A DNA stretch of 63,587 nt, the filler included, from Phoronis australis (Eukaryota > Animalia > Phoronida): the NCBI GenBank assembly GCA_002633005.1. It is 4 parts of 4 records of this genome, joined end to end, with 100 filler letters (N's around TTAATTAATTAA, not from the genome) between each part and the next. Parts side by side here need not be neighbours in the genome. Positions count along the whole stretch, not along the records: positions 37,220 to 62,173 come from NMRA01000995.1; 3 more parts are not named here. The stretch is one strand, 5' to 3'. The notes under the pieces were generated by a model, which searched no databases, was not told the origin of the DNA, and worked only from the letters and a program-made list of their open reading frames with translations. This document shows, in pieces, positions 46,586-59,813 of the stretch. Position 1 is the stretch's first letter. Every line of letters starts with the position of its first letter. Position numbers and translations under genes: made by a program.

Positions 46586-49500
46586 GTAGTTGTTAGAAGT
46601 CATTGACATTTTCAGTAGAACTGTGGACTGTGTTTATTTTGTGGCCCACCAGGTGGAGTTTTTCCTTTAGAACATTCAGCGTTTAGTTTTGAATGTGATC
46701 ACGTATTGTAGGCCTATTCTATTTTCATCTATTTGTATTTTCTACTTGTTATTTTCCTATTTTGCTTATCATTGTCTGACTTTTAACCATGTTTTCCATG
46801 TCCAGTGTCTTTCACAGGTTGAGAACTTTTTAAGACATGTCTTTACATAGAAAATATAATAAATCTACGTGACACTTAATTGAAAAATAAGATTCATTTA
46901 AAAATACGTGTCAGTTTATCCTCAAATCTGATTACTGGGTGAGAAAATACAGTACGCATCTGGTTTAAGTCCTTCGCTGCCGATGTCGTATTTTGCATGC
47001 AATCCGTCTAAATACCATTTTTGCCTCGTGGCAACTTAGCTACCTGTCTCCAGTTTTTTCTATTTTAGCTGTACATACGAGGGCACTAATTGCACTTTAC
47101 GACATCATATGACCACTTGATGTTAGTCTTTGGTTTGACAGGAAAAAATTCTTGAAAAAGTGGGGTTTTTTTTTGCTAAATTTAGTGCAGTTTGTTGAAC
47201 AGATGCGGATATGTCTCGACTGCTGAGATCAAAGCTATGGCAGCTAGTTATTCGAAACCAGAATTTTCAAGTTTCTGTTTAGCAAATAATAATCATGGTT
47301 TTATAGCCTTTTTGTTTTCTGCACCCAAATTTTCCAGTTTTCTTTTTTTGGCTTTGGGAAGTGCGTCTCACGCTTGGAAGTTTGCAGTGGAAGAGTTACA
47401 TGAACTTGTCGGTCATCAGAAAATTCTGTTTTTTCAGTATGTCAGCACTTTTTTATTCTTAGACCTTATAGAATACTTTCATTATTGTTTCCCAGTAAGT
47501 TGAGGATGTGTCCAGTTTGTCACAGTTCTGTGTTTTCCTCACCACAGGTCAAGGCCGTGGTGATGAGTACACGGATGAATCCCTGGACGTGTACGCCTAC
47601 TTCAACTCATCATGTTATAAAGGCTTCGGAGACGATGACGAGGTGGGTGTGGTTATTAAGTTCCTTTTAAATTGTAGAGCTCATATGAAGTGGAGTTTCA
47701 ACATGTAACAGATAATGGCATGTTTTTTTCTCTTCAAAACCTGGCAAATCTGATATTGGCTAATAGTGGACATTTCACATTGATACTCTCCAGAGTAATG
47801 AGAGCAAAAAATGACTTCCGCTTGGTACCGACTCGGATACGGAGGACAGAAATTCACTACCGTACAGTGGTTCATTAAATTAATAAGAGGAATATAGTCC
47901 ATTGTCATTGCCTCACATTGTTTGATGAGGATAAGTTATCACTAATTTATTTTAGATGTTTGACATCAGCTGGGATCGAAATTCCCCCACTTTATCGGTC
48001 ACAGCCACTGACTACGTTACCACGGTTTCTTCTTTGTAGTAGGAAATATATGGGATATGATGTCCATCACCCATGGATATTTTTAGAGGTTTACCCATTA
48101 TTATTGTGACCATGCTCAGTACTTGCATTATTTTCAGTTATAACAATGGCTCAGTTCTTTCTCAGCCAGGACTCACCTTCAATCCTAGTTAGGACTAAGG
48201 AATGACAAAACCATTTTCAGAACCACTGAAAGTTCCCAGAATCATTTGATATTTGATGGTGCTGTTTTCAACCTAACTTGTTAACCCAATTGTAGCTGGA
48301 GGTGTCAATTTTTAGTTGTGTTTGTAAAATGTTCCAATGGCTGTAGAATTAAGATAAAAGACATATTAATAAATATATTCCACTAATATTCAACTACAAA
48401 GTTAACATAACATTCCAAATCAGAGAGCGTTCTGTTAGAACGCGTCATCATGAACGTGATGTTAAATATCGCGTATGCGACAATGGCTTTACAGTACTGT
48501 GTACTTCGCTCAGCTTAGTGTTCAAGGGTATACAGAGCAGCAGTCATATCAGTGTGAATACTGCCTGTGGTGTTCTGTTGGCTTTTTCAGTAGTGTAGTA
48601 CCTAACAGCGACTACTGTTTGAAGATTGCAGCTTATGTATTAAGTCATCAGCCTTGAAGCTTTCATCGGAAACATGCGATTTTTACCACTTTCTTTCAGA
48701 TGTCCTCTGTTCTTGCGTCAGTTTCTGCACTGCATATTTCTCAGGTTGTTACCACAACTTGCCCTCCTTGTCCAGCCTGTGTGTGGTCCATAATCTTTTG
48801 CGTTATTTTCAGGGATTCTATGCTGTGTACCGCAAAGTGTTTGCCACCATAGCCGAGCAGGATTATGTGTTTATGGATGATAGAGAGTCCGGAGATGAGC
48901 TGCCATCCTTTGGAAATTCTCAGAGTGATTACAATGAGGTAAACTGGAGGCAGTATATTTCTGGTCAGAGATGGATTTTCACGAAAACTGCAATATACTG
49001 AATTAGAATTTTTATTTGGGATGATTAACAGTATTGGAAAGTTGCTAAGTCTACCAGAGACAAAAGTTGTGTTTTAACTAGAGCGTGCCCATGATCGACA
49101 TTGTACCCACGGTCAAAAGTGTACCTATGGTTGACAGTCTTTCCACTGTCGACAGTGTACCCACGGTCGGCAGTGTATCTATGATTAACACCCTTGTGGA
49201 CAGTAACTGTCTTGTACACAACATCACTAGCCCCATTTCAGATGGATTTGAGCTATATTGCTTGAACTAGTGGCCTTTCTGTTGTTTTTGTATACTTTGG
49301 CATCAGCCTTCCTATCCTTCAAATGACTCAATGAAATAGTGATGAGAGCATTTTTGACTTGCTTTGCAACCCCTTGAGGCTTTTATTAAGTTTAGGAACA
49401 TTGCTTCATTTAGTCAGAAATTAAATTATTATCCATTGTAGGTGTGCTGTACACAGTGGGTCTTAACGCTTCACGTTCCTCTCGAATTAAATTGTGTAAG

Positions 49501-52500
49501 GTTTTGGGGAAATGCTATAGAATTTATATGGAAGTACAAAATAAGACGAAAAAGTGTTAATCGCGGGTGCACTTATGCTAGGTCAAAACTTTAAAATGTG
49601 CAGATTATAAAAATTTGAAATTAACATGTTTATATGATTGTCTTATTCAGACAGTGAAGCATATTTACTTTTACATAACCTGGGCTCCACTGTGTAGAGC
49701 AAGTTTCTAGCGAGGTCATGCAAGTCTGCGAGATATCTCCATACGCTACAAGCTAGCTTTGCTTGCGAGTTCTTGTGTCTGTGGAGCATGCCCATGTTTC
49801 ACCCGTGTAAATGGTCACATCAAAATAAAATTCAATGCACACAAAATCAAGTATGGGTCTTTTGAATATGTTATAATTAGAAGTAAAGCATTCCTTAGAT
49901 GTCATATATCCCTTCCTTAAATAAAGGTAAATACTCCTGAAGAAGTGTGAGTAATGTTTGTTAAACATGTTTACTTCAGGTTGTGCATGCATTCTACTCC
50001 TACTGGCAGAGTTACTGTACTGCCAAGTCTTATGTCTGGATGGAGAAATACGACCCCCGCGAGGCACCTGACCGGCGCACTCGACGGTTGACAGAGGCCG
50101 AGAACAAGAAGTTGAGAGATGCAGCGAAGAAGGAGAGGAACGACGAAGTCCGGGTAGGGTCCCACTCTCTAGTGTCGCACCCCTTTTGTTTATGTCAAAG
50201 GTGGCCAAATTCATTGATTTTGGTATTGCTTCATGATATTGAAGTTGTCTATGGACTCTTCGGTTTGGATTTTATTCCGATGTTTTATGATTTTATGTTA
50301 ATTTGGTCACTATGCCGTGAGCTGTGTTACGAAGTAAAGGAAACGGTCTTCATATTAGATTTAAGGTCAGTTTTGTAGTTTATCACATTCAATGCAAGAG
50401 ATCGGGACATCAATGCAAATCACATCCATACCTTGGAATTGTTACTTCTTCTGTCTTACTGGGGGGACTCAAGTACAGTAAGTTGAAGATACCAACTTCA
50501 AACAAGTTTAAGAGGTGACTGAATAAAACTCTTGTTTTGATTTTAGGCTCTGGTTGCATTTGTAAGAAAGAGAGACAAGAGGGTGTTGGCTTACAAGGTA
50601 GGAGTGGACATGTACGAGAGTGCAATTCTAGTCTCAGTTTTAGCCCTGTCTGTTATACAATTTTACTGGGTGGTGGATTTCTTATACCTGGCCAGACATT
50701 TTATTGATTAATATTGGCATTGATTTCTTTAGAGTAGGTTTTATTTCGACACTTGGTTTAACTATCATTTGGCACAGTTTTACTGAACAAGCCGTAGGGT
50801 GAATCTTGGTGCAACACGTCGGAGCTGATTCTACAAGCGATGCCGCAACTTCTAGACTTCTCAAATGTTGGATAAGGTAAACAACTTCATCCCACAAATT
50901 AGGCTCGGGTAGTCACATTTTAAAACAGGGCTATGTTCTTTTTGCAAATTGGTGTATTTTAAGCTTTTCTCGTAAACTACAGTTCTACTCTTTAGGGGTC
51001 ACTGACATGAAAGTGATGTAAGCCTTTTTAAGTCAGAAATTTGGTCTAACTCTACAAATTAACTATTTCTGAAACGTAAGTAACTCGCTTCAGCAAAAAT
51101 TCAACTCTCTTAAATTATACACAATGCTAGTTACTGACAGAGGTAATTTTTAAATTATTTCTAGAGTGTGATGCACTCATAGTTACTTGCCAGTTAACCT
51201 TCAACAGTGGTGAAGTGGGGGGGTGAGACCTTGAATCTTAAGTCACTTTCATGAAACAGTCCCCTGAAGTCCGTTCATATGTTGTGAACTGTCTTTCTTT
51301 TCATGTCTGGCAACAGGCACAAGTTCTATGTAGCGCCTGCTTGGTACAGGCGATGTATCAAATCTGCCTGTACTCTAATGAGAAAAGCATTGTAATGTCA
51401 GATTAGAATTAGGACAACACTCAGTTGCACTCCACTTGTGAGGAATATTATCTCCCATGTATCAGCTCTCTTCTGCCTCCTTTGAATAAACGCCAGTGTT
51501 AAGCAAGCATGTGTGCAGCTCCATCTTTAGGTATTCACGCAAGGATTTCAATTTGCCGGACGGAGCGTGTATAAATAATTCTTGTCTTAAAAGTTTTGAG
51601 CCTCTGATAATTTACTAAGTGACACACACATGGTCTCATTCTGCATTTTTAACATAATCGCCTGTGAGAGGCAAATGGTTTAAGAGACATTCAATGTCAT
51701 TATTTATACAGCCGTCTTTGTTTTCTGCAGCAAAAGCTAGAGGAGAGAGCGGTGGAGATTGCTAGACTTGGTAGTGAAAAGAGAAAGAAGCAAATTCAAG
51801 AACGGCTGAAGTGAGTCCAGTGCCAGTGTAGGATATTTGTTTTCTGCTTATTTACTGTCACGTAGCAATGTGGCCGACTTAGGTTACAAGATGCAGGCCT
51901 GGGTGAGCTCCGTAACGACGCTTAAGTCACTCATGAGATGCAGGCGGTGAGAAATATTCACAAGTTAATGAACATGGCACTTATTTTCTCCCCTGATTCA
52001 CTATAAATTCTGGTCTCAAGATACTTCTTAGTTGAATTTCAAGCAAGGTTGTCATAACAACATAAAAAATTCCATGGACTAAGGCTTCTCCCTGGCCACT
52101 TGTTCAGCCTACAATTCAAAGGCAGACAGTCTGGCGATTTCATGTCATGGAATATAACTTGCTCTGGCTTGAAAATAAGTCGTGCCTAGAGAACCTTGCA
52201 TTGTGTCTTAAAACTCATTGACAAACACCTTGTAACCAGAAATACTTCAAGTGACCTAATACCTTCAAGGTTAGTTGTCTTAAGTACAATAACATCCGTT
52301 GCTTCAGCAAGGTGTTGATTGAAGCACTCTCATGGCTTTACCTGAATTGTGGTAGTGCTTATGAGGTCGAATGTCTTTATGTTGGAGAGAATTGTTGCCT
52401 CCCTGTTATTAATGACTTCTATGGCCCTCAGTTGTTGGCAGGGATTGATGGTATGCATGGTAGTGGGGAATGGTACATCTCGTAGTAAGACTGCCAGTGT

Positions 52501-55500
52501 GCTATCAACCAAGGTTAAACCTCGTGGCATCAGGTCCGGTAACAACAAGCTTGTGCCATTGTAGCCTGACATGATTGACATCACTGTCTTTGTGTTACCA
52601 TGAATTCCTTTAGCATGGGCATATTTGACTGCCTTTTGTTTTGACGGACGGACAACATGACATGCCATCAACAGCAATGCTTGCCCTAACGCAGACACGC
52701 AAGCTTCACATGTCATAAAACTTTATTGATGCATGCTAGTGACTTGTCACTAGTTTCGTTGCTTTTTAATCATTAAGTCACTAATTGTCAAGATCACTTG
52801 TTGAAATCTGTTGAAACGTGTATGATTGAAATGAGACTCTTTATTACAAAGTCATTGGAGTTGAGCAAACTGGTTTCAGACACTCTGTGGATTAAACGCA
52901 GTATAGGGAACCATCTTGGGGTTTGAGATATTCGAATGCAGACCTGATCGCCACAGTGTGCAAGCATGATCGCTACAAAAGTTTTGATAAATAAACAATG
53001 TATTGCTGATTTGGGGCAAAATACCTGAGATTTTGTTGACTTTGTAAGTGAGCTAGCATTGCTGCTAATTTTTTTTGCAATACGAATCTTTCAGAATTGC
53101 TTATTTCTCCAAAAGCACTAGAAACTTCACAGTGAATTAAAAATTATTTTTTCTGGACGTTCAGGCTGCCGTTTGCCAAATAACTTGGGCAAGAAGTTTG
53201 TCAAAGCTTGGCAGAATCCAGGGCTTGGAATTTTCCGCGGAAACGCGGATTTCCGCTTTTTTTAAATGTGCTTTCCGCTTTTTTTATAATATTTCCGCGT
53301 AAAAAAATCAGATTTGATATAAAATTTTCGCGGCAAATTCCTTTCTTACCGCGGCGTTGCAGACAACGTTCACCTCGAAAAGCAGAAGTTGCTCTTTAAG
53401 TTTCGGAGGAACGTAAATTGTCAACACTGCCGAGGCATCTGGGACAGCGTGGTGGGATTTTCAATGGCGTTTCGTGTTATTGTTAAGCGCGGGGACAAAT
53501 ACTACTACAAAAATGTGTGGGTTGGGAGTGGACGGGCGAGCTAAAAGGACGCAGACGCATGCTACTGATGGTGGTAATGTTTTTTTGTTTTAGTCCTCCC
53601 GATTTTTGTCGGGGAAAGGTTCACATTGACCATTTCAAGGCTGGTTATCGGGGGCATGATTTGGGCCGTAAAAGTTTCAAAGTTTCCGCGTTTTTTGTCA
53701 TTGGTCATTCCAAGCCCTGAGAATCTGACAAAAGTTCTTCTGAAGTCTGTGTGGATTATTTTGAAATCTACTACTTGTATGTGATATCACAGAGCCATGG
53801 AGAATTATCAGGAAGCTAGCTGGTCAGCAATGGACGAATTGGAGGACGCCATGCAGAGTTTGGAGGCGGAGCTTGGACAGAAATTTGGTGATGAAGACTC
53901 TGGGGGTGAGTGGGTTAGTCGAGGGAGAGTGGGGATGTGGGGTACAGAACTGGAGTGGGGTGCGCAGGGGTGTTGGGAGGAAAGTCCGGGCGTGTGTAGC
54001 TAGGATGTGGACTGTTGTTCACGTTCACATTTGGCAGGTGCAATAATTAAAACCTTTATTTAGTGAACAAGTCAGATACATTTCATTTGAAGTGTATTGA
54101 TGATCTTTTAATTGTTTTTTACTTACTAGGTTTACAAGTTTCTTCACTGGAGGTTTCAGATTACAGAACTGATTCACTTGGGAATTTTCTTCGACAAGTT
54201 TGGCAACACAAATCCAAATGGTTTTCAAAAAGTGCTTATTGTCAGATGACCATTACACTCCTACTCTCAACATGCCCTGCGATCTCGTTACAGATGAGCG
54301 GGACGACACTGAGCCACTGCAAGAGGATGATGAAGACGACCTCTTTGACAGTTTGTTCTGTGCTGCCTGTAACAAGGCTTTTAAAACAGAGAAGGCGTAA
54401 GTTTTGACAGTTGTTTAAAGTTTGTGCATGTTCGACAGTGCAGGAATCTGCCTTTACACTTTATGATGTGGCACCAATGATAAGGCTGTAGTCGGTAGAC
54501 AATAGGTAAAATCAAAACTGTTTACTCAGACAGATTGTGGAGTATATTGCCAACATGTTCAAAGGAAACAAAGTAACCTGGCTGGTTGTTTTTTCTTGAG
54601 CTACTTGTAACTAAATTTTGTTTGTGGCAATTAATTTTTTACAGCTATTGTAGTGGAGCAGTGGCGGCCAGGCCTACATTTATTCATGACAATTGTCATG
54701 AAAACAAACTGCCGAAGGATTTCATTTGCAGCGGAAAGGTGTTTGAACTCCGTAAATCCCTGGAGTCTCACTGCTGTTACTACATCAACTTCCATCATTT
54801 TCTCAGGAGATTGAACCACGATAAATCCAAGAAACACAAGGAGAACGTAGCAATACTGAGGAGTGAGCTGGAGAAGGACGACAATGAGATGGCGCAGTAC
54901 CTGGGTGACATTTGTGATAGTGAAGGGGAGGAAGCGGAGGAGACAACTCCTAAAGTCAAGTAGGTGCCCAATAATCAACGTCATGTTCCTAAATTGGTAC
55001 CAGTGCTGCAGTAGACCTGCCTGTAGGAATGGTTGGTTCCAGGTTATTTGGGACCTTTATCCCCTCAAATTCCATCAAGCAGGGCTGTGTACTTTAATGC
55101 AAAGTTACTGGCGAGACTGTTGTGGCGAAAAACTTTTAACTTGCAGAACAGATGGTATTTTTTTTCTCATAATTCGATATTTTCAGCCTTGCCATGAAAT
55201 CACTTCGGTGGTTGCCTTTTTGGTGGTTGTAAGGTTGTGCGCTTACTTGCAAAGTACTGACCTTTCACATTTAATGAATCTTGTGCAATCTCACTAAACT
55301 CATTAGTACCTCACCTTACGAAATGCACTCAACTTCCAAGTTGGAGGTTGCAGAAAAACTTACCTCACGAGCACAAGATAATGAATATTGACACGGTCAT
55401 TGCAAAAAGACTATTATTTCTTTTGTATCTCCCACTTTGCGTCGTTGACTTAAGATCTGTGGTGTTATTCTTCACCAGGTATCGTTTTTGTAAACAACCA

Positions 55501-58500
55501 TTGAATGCATGGTTTTGCAATGATCACACCTGGGTTATTATCATCTCACGCTAGGTATTATTTTCTATACACATACCCAAATTGGCAACGTTATTATTTT
55601 GTATGAAATGTCATTTAATTACTTACTTAATAGGGATTTCTTGTTGCTCTTTGAAATTACTTCATATTTTAGATGAGACTTTGAGTGCATGGCTTTCTTA
55701 CTGAATTGTGTTATAGGCTGTCAAAAAAACAGAAAAAGAAAAGGCGACAACAGCAATCTTGTGACGATCTCGCTAGTGACATAGATGACCTTAGTGCCGA
55801 GTCTCCTATCGAACCAGTCACAAATATGAGTTCTGAGCCAGCACCAGAGGACACCAGTGGTGTGGCAGTTGACGATGCCGTAGCTTTTCATGGGGTTGAA
55901 GCAGAAACAGAGGAGGAAAGCCATACTGGGAATGAGGTAGGACTGGTATCTAAGGATGTTAACATTTGGGAATCATGCGCGCACCCATGGGGGGGGCTCG
56001 GGGGGCTCGAGCCCCCCATTTGGCGAAGTGGGTAAAAAGGTTCACGTCAGAGAAACGAAAAGTCCGAGAAAATGAGACCAGAAGTCCACTAAAAAGGCGC
56101 AGAAGCACAGTTCACAGACCTGAAGTTGGCACCCCGTTTCTTTTTTCTTTTTTAAATCTTCCCGTTTTTTTGTTAGCAGATGGTCCACTTTGAGATTCAA
56201 GCCCCCCATATCAAAGGCTGGGTGCGCGCATGGGAATGAGGTAGAACTGGTATCTAAGGTTGTTACGCAGTGCAGTTTAATGGTTTGTAAGCCCCTTATC
56301 GGGCAGTCTGTTCATTCAGCCATATATTTACAAATTCTGTAAAGTACATATTTTCTGAAAGTAGAAAGAATTTATAATTTCATTTTTGACTTTGAAATTT
56401 GTAATGTAATTGATACCGTTGTTTTGCGATGGAATCGATGTACCTTCCAATTTTTTGCTAAACTTTACTAAAAAGACTTGATCATGTCACTCAATCCAGA
56501 ACAGATTGATATAAACTCAAAAATCATATTCTGCAGACTTTTTACTTTCAGAAAACATATACTTTTATTGACTCTTAAAACCTAATAGGTTTTGTCCATA
56601 TTTTGCTAAATAGATAGACTTGTCGATAAAGTTTTTCCTTGACAACCTTAAGAAATTTGGTCGTTAGAACCAAAGGTAGCATATTAATACCTTAAAACCT
56701 GTAGCTTGACAGAATATTTACAACACATGATCAACTGAATTTCTATAATTGAATACATTTGGTTTTTGGTATTGTTGTTTTGACTAAGGAGTTTGACTAT
56801 ACTTTGGTTACATAAAGCCTGGTTGTTTTTCAGCCCAACAATGAACAAGACAATGGCAAGGTATTAACATGCACATGTGATGACAGTGTACTCTCAGACG
56901 TACAGGTACAGTAGCTTTCATAACAAATTAAACTACGTAAAATTCGAGTTTTGTTGAACTTAACTGCAACTAAATATCAATTTCTTTTCGTCTGGAATCT
57001 TTCTCAATGCTAGCTTAATTTTGAAAAATCCAGATAGGTGTAGCTCCACGCAGTTTGTAGAAATTGCGATAACTTACTGTGCAAGGTCTTTCACAAATAT
57101 TTAGCAGCTTCTGGGAATTTCCGGGCAGATATTTGGAAAACAACTTTTCAAAAATGCTAAATGAAACCAAATATTATACACCTGGAGTGGGTGTATATTT
57201 GGAAAAGGGAGGCGTACTTTCTAAAACCATTTGAAATAAGTTTGGGCTTGGAGGGCGTAACTAGTCTGCATAATGGCTTCGAATTTATTTTGTGGATAGT
57301 TGTAAATTATGGGTGTTGTTCACACACAATAGGCTTTTTGAAATTGTCACGCAAGGTCAATGAAAGTAGTTCTTTGTGAACCCTGCTTGTAACTCTACAA
57401 CTGTTGGTCTGTCTAAGTAAACACAGCTTAACAAAGAGTTTATTGTTCTGACTGAGAATTGTTTTATTGTGCCCTATGGGTTTTGAATATCCAAGCCTGG
57501 AATGATAACGTTGTTTTTTTAAAGTGTGTAGTTGTATCTCACTGGTATGACTTATATTCGTCCATGCTTATTTCGCATTCAGCAAATACATGCTGTGCTA
57601 ATAGGGTGAGTTACCAACCAAGTCACACAATGTCTCCTTAAATGAGTCATCTGCATGAAATCGGGATCCCAAAGATATTATGTTTTGTCAAAATAAACAA
57701 ATTTTATGTTAAAGCATATTACATTTTTAGAACAACCTATCAGCTTTTCAAATCGTGGAAACAGTACTGAAATAGTTTTGGGTGGGCCTGTTTTCGGAAA
57801 TTCTGAGTAGATAACATAAAGTCACATGTTACTCTAAATTTTGACAGAAACGCCATATCATTGTGTGGAAAGTTCGATTAAACTTCCAAGTATTTCTCAC
57901 AAGAAGTTTAAGATAGTTCTGCAGAAGTCTGTTCAGTTTATTTTGAAAAGTGAAGGCAAGCGAACAGTTCCCGGTGACAATAACAGTTCAAAACACGACA
58001 TTGATATCTGTTGCCTTGCCTGATGCACCCTCGTTCATATTCTCAGTATGCATCTCTTAGCTTCCACAGCACACAGTACGAGACCAAAGTATTGACAGAA
58101 TACCTTTTCCTGTCGTGACGACTAATCCTGTCAAAAGCAAATTACTGGTAATACGTATTAGGGCGGCAAATTCTTATTACAGAATGAATTAGTCATCTTA
58201 TTAGCTTTTCTGTTAATTCCCCTTGTTTTTCAGTCGTGAGAGAAGACAACTGTCAGGATTCAGCCCAACCATTATGACAGGAAATTCCTGGTCAGATTGT
58301 CCGAATTCTTTTGGCTTGTACTGTACTTAACTTCTGTCCCTTTCAAAAGAAACTGTTGCACTCATATTTCGGAGAGTATTTTTGACAGCAGTTTTGGGGC
58401 ACCCTGTAAATGGTGGATATTGGAATAGTGTAATGTCCTACTTAAAATTTTCCAGGAACCCAAAGCCAAGGTGGAGACCAAATGCAATACGTGTCATCAG

Positions 58501-58626
58501 GACTTTAAATCTCGCAATAAACTATTTGAACATTTAAAATCAACTGGGCACGCTCTTAGAGTAGATGTCAATCCATCGCCATCTGTGAAGTCAGGGAAGA
58601 AAAGCAAGAAGAAAAGCAAACGGTGA
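46457..58626 (+). CDS. DNAJC21: DnaJ homolog subfamily C member 21 (J domain, coiled coil, two C2H2 fingers), spliced; exon 1 missing
   Basis: GT-AG exons with consistent phases: 46457-46585, 47548-47642, 48813-48938, 49980-50153, 50547-50597, 51731-51810, 53793-53905, 54294-54396, 54807-54959, 55717-55936, 56834-56905 (or -56860), 58456-58626. They give 495 aa from the D of HPD to the stop. Confidence 0.93.
47548..47642 (+). CDS. DNAJC21: DNAJC21 exon
   Basis: [32 protein letters not shown]; cacag / gtgggt. Confidence 0.9.
48813..48938 (+). CDS. DNAJC21: DNAJC21 exon
   Basis: [30 protein letters not shown]; ttcag / gtaaac. Confidence 0.9.
49085..49204. repeat. Degenerate 18-bp minisatellite in a DNAJC21 intron
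   Basis: About six units with consensus GTACCCAYGGTCGACAGT. Confidence 0.7.
49980..50153 (+). CDS. DNAJC21: DNAJC21 exon
   Basis: [47 protein letters not shown]; ttcag / gtaggg. Confidence 0.92.
50547..50597 (+). CDS. DNAJC21: DNAJC21 exon
   Basis: [17 protein letters not shown]; tttag / gtagga. Confidence 0.9.
51731..51810 (+). CDS. DNAJC21: DNAJC21 exon
   Basis: [26 protein letters not shown](K); ctgcag / gtgagt. Confidence 0.85.
53219..53719. mobile_element. ~500-bp MITE, TIR CAGGGCTTGGAA, 6-bp TSD AGAATC (intronic)
   Basis: Inverted homologue of 20725-21222. AGAATC at 53213-53218 and 53720-53725. Confidence 0.88.
53793..53905 (+). CDS. DNAJC21: DNAJC21 exon
   Basis: [37 protein letters not shown]; cacag / gtgagt. 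Confidence 0.88.
54294..54396 (+). CDS. DNAJC21: DNAJC21 exon: first zinc finger start
   Basis: [25 protein letters not shown](A); tacag / gtaagt. Confidence 0.9.
54807..54959 (+). CDS. DNAJC21: DNAJC21 exon: first zinc finger end
   Basis: [22 protein letters not shown]..; ctcag / gtaggt. Confidence 0.88.
55717..55936 (+). CDS. DNAJC21: DNAJC21 exon
   Basis: [13 protein letters not shown]..acidic linker..HTGNE; tatag / gtagga. Confidence 0.85.
55974..56232. mobile_element. ~260-bp MITE, TIR CATGCGCGCACCCA, 5-bp TSD GGAAT (intronic)
   Basis: Perfect TIRs. GGAAT at 55969-55973 and 56233-56237. Related to 32507-32780. Confidence 0.8.
56834..56905 (+). CDS. DNAJC21: Probable DNAJC21 linker exon with two in-frame donors
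   Basis: tttttcag, then PNNEQDNGK|gtatta (56860) or ..[15 protein letters not shown]|gtacag (56905). Both are phase 0. Confidence 0.55.
58456..58626 (+). CDS. DNAJC21: DNAJC21 last exon: second C2H2 finger and basic tail
   Basis: [43 protein letters not shown]; tccag acceptor. Confidence 0.92.
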   Translation, partial: EPKAKVETKCNTCHQDFKSRNKLFEHLKSTGHALRVDVNPSPSVKSGKKSKKKSKR

Positions 58627-59807
58627 CACGGACGTCACCATGTAGTAACATGTGTCGTTGCTTTTAAAGTAAGAATTACTGTGATCTGTGATCACCTGGT
58701 TAAGGTTTTGAAATGTTAAGGGGAAGGAAACAATTTTCTTTATTCGTTGGCAGAAGTATCGAGTAACTACTCTAATTGAGCTTGCATAGTTTGCACTTAT
58801 GTGGAAACAGGCAAATAGTTCAGTCTTACTTCATTGTGTTACTGTGTTGTGGAAAACTAAGGGGTGTGTGGGTAGATGGTCTTCAACACGCACTTTGGTA
58901 TGGCTTGGGCATGCCTTTTATTAGGGTTGACGCAAGCATTTTTCATTCCAAAATTGTGGTTTACATTTTATATCTGCTAGTGTAGTGTAGACTGATGTTT
59001 GTGTGCTGGGGATACCTCTCCTGTAATTATCACCTGGATATTAGCCTATAAATAGTACTGATTTCAACAAGGTACCAGTGGGTGCATGATAGCTGATCTT
59101 TCATTTCATGTGGAAGTGTTCACTTATTAAATTGTAAAAATTTATACTCTGTTCATTGTTGAAGAATTGATGGAGAGATCATTTTGCGAGTGAAAAGCAA
59201 ATGTTTCAAGAATAAGCTCATAGACTGTCTGGTAAAGTGCTTACCACTGATTAGAAGTGATTAGTCAGCAACACTCATATATGGATTTATGGTATAAATT
59301 CCATCATGGTCTCCTATGCATACTGTGCAATTCTTGGTGCAGGTGTCATGCGAGTGTCTTTAATTACAGAATGCAGCCCAATTCGTAGCCTGTTTGTTTC
59401 TATTTACATTTAATCGCTGTAAATAATATTACAGATTTACCTGAAAGTTGGTACCAATTGAATGTGAACATGAGTACACAGTCCACCAATCTCTGGACAT
59501 ATAATAGGGGTTATCCTCTGAATGGTCTTTCCTCACAATTTACGTTTTATTGTTACTTGCTACATGTTGCGATGGTGTGGTTGAAATTTGGTTGCACCTG
59601 TTGTCCTTGCAGGACTGGTCAGTGGGCAGCCCTCCAGGGACCAGCATCAGCAGTGAACAACATTATGCAATCTGAAGATCTTTAAGGATATTTTGCACCC
59701 GATGTTTACGAACGTACTGTGAACTTAAAGCTTGGTGCACTGAAATTGCAACATTGTCACAAAAACACTTTCAAACTTGAACATCGATTGAAGTGTGATA
59801 CTTAACC

Positions 59808-59813
59808 AATAAA
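59808..59813 (+). terminator. Candidate polyadenylation signal of DNAJC21
   Basis: AATAAA ~1.2 kb after the stop codon, followed by T-rich and GT-rich sequence. Confidence 0.5.
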
